DNA of 64,000 nt from Candidatus Poribacteria bacterium. Lineage in GTDB: Bacteria > Poribacteria > WGA-4E > WGA-3G. A program made the translations under genes and the position numbers. Position 1 is the first letter of the stretch, and every line of letters starts with the position of its first letter. Below, in pieces: positions 59,892 to 64,000 of the stretch. A model generated the notes under the pieces. The model did not search any database, had not been told where the DNA came from, and saw nothing but the letters and a program-made list of their open reading frames with translations. The stretch lies in contig JAPOQK010000023.1 of the NCBI GenBank assembly GCA_026710795.1, positions 1,525 to 65,524 on the forward strand. The letters are read 5' to 3'.

Positions 59892-60857
59892 ATGAAAGCA
59901 GGTCGAATTGCTGCTCCGTATCAGATAGAAATTATTGATATTGACAAACCCAAACTTGATGACTATCCAGATGGTACAGTCATGATCAAAACTTTACATA
60001 GTGCTATCTGTGGTAGTGATATGCCGCACTTTGTGTTGGAACATTTAGCAGATAGATATCCAATGGGTAATGGTCTGTCAATACACGAGGTCATTGGTGT
60101 TGTCACAGAAAGTAAATCAGATAAATTTCAAGTTGGGGACGAAGTCCTTGCACTTCCAAGACATATCGGTGGATGTTCCGAATACTTTCTATCGGACGAA
60201 AAAGTAACGACTCCGTTGGTGGATTTTCATCGAAAAGATTGTATTCTGATGTCACAACCACTTGGCACTGTTGTTTGGGCATGTCGAAAGTTAGGAAACT
60301 TGCTCAATCTTGATGTTGTTATTATAGGACAAGGACCGATGGGGTTGTTATTTACGAGTATGATAAGCAACTTAGGGGCAAGAACAGTTATCACATCTGA
60401 TTTAGTAGATTTGCGTCTTGAAGTGTCTAAACAGATGCGCGCTACTCATACCGTAAATCCTGCTAATGAAGACATTGTAGAAGCTGTTAAAGAGATTACT
60501 GATGGTAGAATGGCTGACCTTGTGATTGAAGTAGTGGGTCATCAAACAGAAACGATCAACACGTGCTTACAACTGCTAAAACGCGATGGTACGCTTCTGG
60601 CATTCGGTGTACCGGATGATGAAGTATACAATTTCCAGTTTGCGGAATTCTTTAGAAAGAATATCCGATTCATCGGTTCAGTTGGTCCGGATGTTTCCAA
60701 TGACTTTCCATTAGCCATGGATATGATTGCACAAGAACGTATTGATGTTTCACCGATTATTACACACCATTTACCATTTACAGAAGCACAAAAAGGCTTT
60801 GAAATGGCATTACACAAGAAAGATGAGGCTATCAAGATCGTGTTTGATTATCCGTAA
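59892..60857 (+). CDS. Zinc-dependent medium-chain alcohol/polyol dehydrogenase (MDR family)
   Basis: Catalytic Zn ligands (…CGSDMPH…), NAD Rossmann IIGQGPMGLL. Confidence 0.8.
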   Translation: MKAGRIAAPYQIEIIDIDKPKLDDYPDGTVMIKTLHSAICGSDMPHFVLEHLADRYPMGNGLSIHEVIGVVTESKSDKFQVGDEVLALPRHIGGCSEYFLSDEKVTTPLVDFHRKDCILMSQPLGTVVWACRKLGNLLNLDVVIIGQGPMGLLFTSMISNLGARTVITSDLVDLRLEVSKQMRATHTVNPANEDIVEAVKEITDGRMADLVIEVVGHQTETINTCLQLLKRDGTLLAFGVPDDEVYNFQFAEFFRKNIRFIGSVGPDVSNDFPLAMDMIAQERIDVSPIITHHLPFTEAQKGFEMALHKKDEAIKIVFDYP

Positions 60858-60891
60858 TGCTTATCGGTGCAGAATAAACACGTTCTATATG

Positions 60892-61947
60892 CTATACAGG
60901 TAAAGGCAATTCAACAATACGACCTTCACGACTGGATTGATAGATAGCAAGGATAATTTCTACGGATTTGCGTCCTTCACGACCATCAACGAGATGTGAT
61001 GCATCGTGTTCAAGACCGTTGATAAAGTTTTCCATCTGTCGTCTGTGGTTAGCATTATTGATAGCGCGTGGATCGGAGGCACCACCACCTGTATCTGTCT
61101 GTTTGGCGAATTTTTCACGGATCTCAGCATCTTCAGGAAGTTCTGGATCAAATTCCCATTTGACTATATCCTCTTCTTCCAAGATTGCTGTGCCATTAGT
61201 TCCACAGATTTCGGTTTTCTTGAACATACCGGGATAAGCAGCCGTTGTTCCTTCAATAACACCTAATGCACCGTTTTCAAACCGTAAAGCAGCAACAGCT
61301 ACATCCTCTACTTCTATACGTTCATGTGCTAAAGTATCAGTAAATGCTTGCACAGATTTGACTGAACCCATATAATACTGGAGTAGATCAATAGCATGGA
61401 TAGATTGATTCATTAGAGCACCGCCACCATCAAGGTTCCACGTGCCGCGCCAACCACCGCTATCGTAGTATTCTTGGGAACGATACCACTTGATATAGGC
61501 ACTACCTAATGTTAATCGTCCGAAACGTCCGCTATCTATTGTTTCTTTGATGAGTTGTGCTCCCTCTGTAAAACGGGAATTAAATATGGCACATAGTCGT
61601 ACATTTGCCTTATCACAGGCTTGGATTATTTCATCGCAGCGTTGTAAGGTAATTTCCAAAGGTTTTTCAACTATAACATGTTTACCTGCTTCGGCAGCAG
61701 CAACCGCAGGTTCAAGATGTGCTCCACTTGGTGTACACACACAAACAATATCAAGGTCATCGCGTTTGAGCATATCTTTGTAATCGGCATAGCCATCGAC
61801 GTTATATTTATCTGTGAGTCGTTTTGCGTTGTCAGCATTCCGCGAACTCACAGCAACTAACTGACCATGTTCTAAATCGGCAATCGCAGCTGAATGAAAA
61901 TCAGAAATCATACCGCAGCCAATAATACCAAAACCGTAATTTTTCAT
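60892..61947 (-). CDS. Gfo/Idh/MocA-family oxidoreductase
   Basis: FGIIGCGMISDFHSAA Rossmann, VIVEKPLE motif, C-terminal GFO_IDH_MocA_C-like region. Confidence 0.8.
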   Translation of the reverse strand: MKNYGFGIIGCGMISDFHSAAIADLEHGQLVAVSSRNADNAKRLTDKYNVDGYADYKDMLKRDDLDIVCVCTPSGAHLEPAVAAAEAGKHVIVEKPLEITLQRCDEIIQACDKANVRLCAIFNSRFTEGAQLIKETIDSGRFGRLTLGSAYIKWYRSQEYYDSGGWRGTWNLDGGGALMNQSIHAIDLLQYYMGSVKSVQAFTDTLAHERIEVEDVAVAALRFENGALGVIEGTTAAYPGMFKKTEICGTNGTAILEEEDIVKWEFDPELPEDAEIREKFAKQTDTGGGASDPRAINNANHRRQMENFINGLEHDASHLVDGREGRKSVEIILAIYQSSREGRIVELPLPV

Positions 61948-62004
61948 ATTGTGGTAATTCCTTCTATGAACTAAATCTTCAGATAATATATATCAACTTT
62001 ATTT

Positions 62005-62646
62005 ATGTCTATAAGCGAAGAACAAACTCACGAGTCTAAACAAATAGAAAATAGTGATTCTGAACAAACTCCAACAAATAGAGTTTTTAGAATCGGATGT
62101 ATGACCTTTTGTATTGCTGTAACCCTACTTTTTTTATGGGTTTGGCACCACCAATCGCAATTCAACGATAACTATCGACAAGCATCATTTCACATAAATA
62201 ACGGTGAACCAGAACAGGCAATTGCGGCATATCAAAAAGCAATCAAGAATAAGGAACGGACTATATTCTTTAAGAATGCACCAACTGCTTACAACAATCT
62301 TGGAGACGCATATTTGAAGGCTGGACAATATGAACAAGCTATTTCAACCTTTAAAGATGTAATAAAGATTGCCCCCAACATGGCTGAAGGATATGTCAAT
62401 TTAGCAACTGTCTATTTGCAAAAAGGTGAACCAAGTAATGCTCGTGAGATATGTCTACATGCCTTGCAAAAATTCCCTGATGCTGCACTTCTGCATTTTA
62501 ATCTTGCTTGTGCTTACTCACTATCGGATGAACCAACAGAAGCTAAAGCTTCGCTAAAATCAGCATTGAGTATTGATGCGGACCTCATCAATGATTTGTT
62601 ACAACAAGAAGAGTCTTTACAACACATTTTGCCTGAACTTCAATAG
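62005..62646 (+). CDS. Membrane-anchored TPR-repeat protein
   Basis: One N-terminal TM (FRIGCMTFCIAVTLLFLWVW) followed by 3-4 TPR repeats (…AYNNLGDAYLKAGQYEQAISTFKDVIKIAPN…). Confidence 0.6.
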   Translation: MSISEEQTHESKQIENSDSEQTPTNRVFRIGCMTFCIAVTLLFLWVWHHQSQFNDNYRQASFHINNGEPEQAIAAYQKAIKNKERTIFFKNAPTAYNNLGDAYLKAGQYEQAISTFKDVIKIAPNMAEGYVNLATVYLQKGEPSNAREICLHALQKFPDAALLHFNLACAYSLSDEPTEAKASLKSALSIDADLINDLLQQEESLQHILPELQ

Positions 62647-62779
62647 TCTATCAAGTATTATATCATTTTAAATATATCGTGAATCATTGTCTGTGGATCC
62701 GTTGTATGACTTTTTATCGGTAGCGAATTGGAATTCACACCTACAGAAGATATGTCATACAGATATTTCACTCCAAATT

Positions 62780-63907
62780 TTACGGTATCTCAGCGACATA
62801 AACTTGTGAATGTCCCGAAGCATCTGAGGTATAGACTACAGCTTTTTCATCAGGACTAAAGGATGGGTGTGGATGTGTCCATTGTGGTCCATATACCGTA
62901 TCTACCTTCATCTCCATCCAGCTCAATGCTTTCTCTCTGTCTCCTGTCTGTTGTGCTGCTGCCCAATCTTCTGCAACAGCATACCTGTCCTTTTCCCATT
63001 GACTTCCACTTGAGGAACTCTGTGGATAACATATAGGGGTGTGTTCTCCAGTTTCTACATCAACTAACCTTAACCCTATATCCGGATGGACTGTATCACA
63101 CAATACTTTTGTCCCCGCACGATTGCTCGCAATGTGCCATGCATTAAAATCTGAGATTGTTCGCATCTCAAGTGTCGTTAAAGATATACGACGTAATGCA
63201 TAATGCCAATGAGTGACAATCAATTCGTCCTGTGTTCCGAGAAAAGTTTCATGAACAAGGAACTCATTATTATCATGTTCATAGAGTTTACGGTTGTCTG
63301 TCCCATCCCGTTTTATTGTCCACATTCTTGGTGCTGGGTCTCCTGAGTATGCTATCAGGTCAGCATGTTTAGGATGAAATTGTGGATGGATTATTGTTTG
63401 GTCTGGTGATATGTAAATAATCTCTCCACCACTACCATCAATAGCAGTAACTGTGATATGGGATTTCCCATCCAGTTTCATCGCTGTTACAATATACTCT
63501 TCATCAGCACTTACGCTACACTCTCCAAGACTACCATCCTGAAATACAGCGAGGATCCTTTCCTCAAAGGTCTCAAGATGGATCGCCTTTATGGAGTCAC
63601 CTTCAGTATAAAAGAGTTCTGTTCCATCTTTTGAAATTACTCCTGAATAGCCATGTACATCGTCAGCATGGGTCAACTGTACGATTTCACCATCAGGAAA
63701 TTGAAGTTTATAGAAATTCGCTTTTCCAGAACGATATGAGGTAAAGATCAAGTGCTTTTGGTCAGGTGTAAATGATGATGTAAGGAAATATAGGTTATGG
63801 TTGATAGTATTATCGTTTGTCAGTTGGTAGATATGAGTACCTGTGTCTTGATCCTCAAATTCACTTAATTCAGATGGATGCACCGAACCTTTTGCATGCT
63901 TTTTCAT
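62780..63907 (-). CDS. Oligogalacturonate-lyase-like / TolB-like beta-propeller protein
   Basis: 375 aa; N-terminal …FEDQDTGTHIYQLTNDN… resembles the Ogl (PL22) family N-terminus. Beta-propeller-like repeats. From memory; moderate-low confidence. Confidence 0.45.
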   Translation of the reverse strand: MKKHAKGSVHPSELSEFEDQDTGTHIYQLTNDNTINHNLYFLTSSFTPDQKHLIFTSYRSGKANFYKLQFPDGEIVQLTHADDVHGYSGVISKDGTELFYTEGDSIKAIHLETFEERILAVFQDGSLGECSVSADEEYIVTAMKLDGKSHITVTAIDGSGGEIIYISPDQTIIHPQFHPKHADLIAYSGDPAPRMWTIKRDGTDNRKLYEHDNNEFLVHETFLGTQDELIVTHWHYALRRISLTTLEMRTISDFNAWHIASNRAGTKVLCDTVHPDIGLRLVDVETGEHTPICYPQSSSSGSQWEKDRYAVAEDWAAAQQTGDREKALSWMEMKVDTVYGPQWTHPHPSFSPDEKAVVYTSDASGHSQVYVAEIP

Positions 63908-64000
63908 GAATCCTCCCTGATGCGAACACTTCTATGGTATGTATTTCAATGTATGTACTTTAATTCTTAATTTATAATTCCATAAGGTCAATTAGTTGCT

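Noticed and set aside
1-64000. tRNA/rRNA genes in intergenic regions
   Set aside because: Scanned the larger intergenic stretches (316..523, 18629..18794, 20249..20718, 29645..30205, 52702..53872, 55895..56192) by eye. None showed a cloverleaf-compatible acceptor/T-arm arrangement or rRNA-like conserved blocks. I cannot exclude a small ncRNA.

Overview
AT-rich (~37-38% GC by eye) bacterial chromosomal segment, most likely from a diderm (Gram-negative) lineage that uses selenocysteine. It carries about 60 protein-coding genes and no rRNA, tRNA or CRISPR array that I can see. A long minus-strand housekeeping string runs selD-pyrE-ymdB-xseA-xseB-dxs-tlyA-tamB-bamA across 524..16942. Beyond it are clpB, aroQ, a DegT aminotransferase, rsmD and many metabolic genes: Gfo/Idh/MocA oxidoreductases, enolase-superfamily enzymes, ABC and MFS transporters, a sulfite-oxidase-like Mo enzyme, DUF1501, and GH-like and oligogalacturonate-lyase-like proteins.

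Features the ORF track does not explain:
- Two selenoprotein genes whose in-frame UGA codons split or truncate the ORF calls: selD, and a UGSC-motif selenoprotein. Each has a hairpin starting 12 nt after the UGA.
- A frameshifted MlrC/M81-family gene at a G-run.
- A translationally coupled ABC-type AAA ATPase (DUF3696-like) plus a small PIN-like protein, next to a CPBP protease. This is the best candidate for an uncharacterised defence or toxin-like module.
- Tandem secreted LamG-like paralogs.
- A family of intergenic repeat modules: MITE-like hairpin elements with TIRs, and a duplicated module with a perfect TTGACA-17-TATAAT promoter followed by a conserved palindrome-rich 64-nt block, upstream of two unrelated operons.

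All calls rest on reading the translations and sequence by eye. No database searches were possible.
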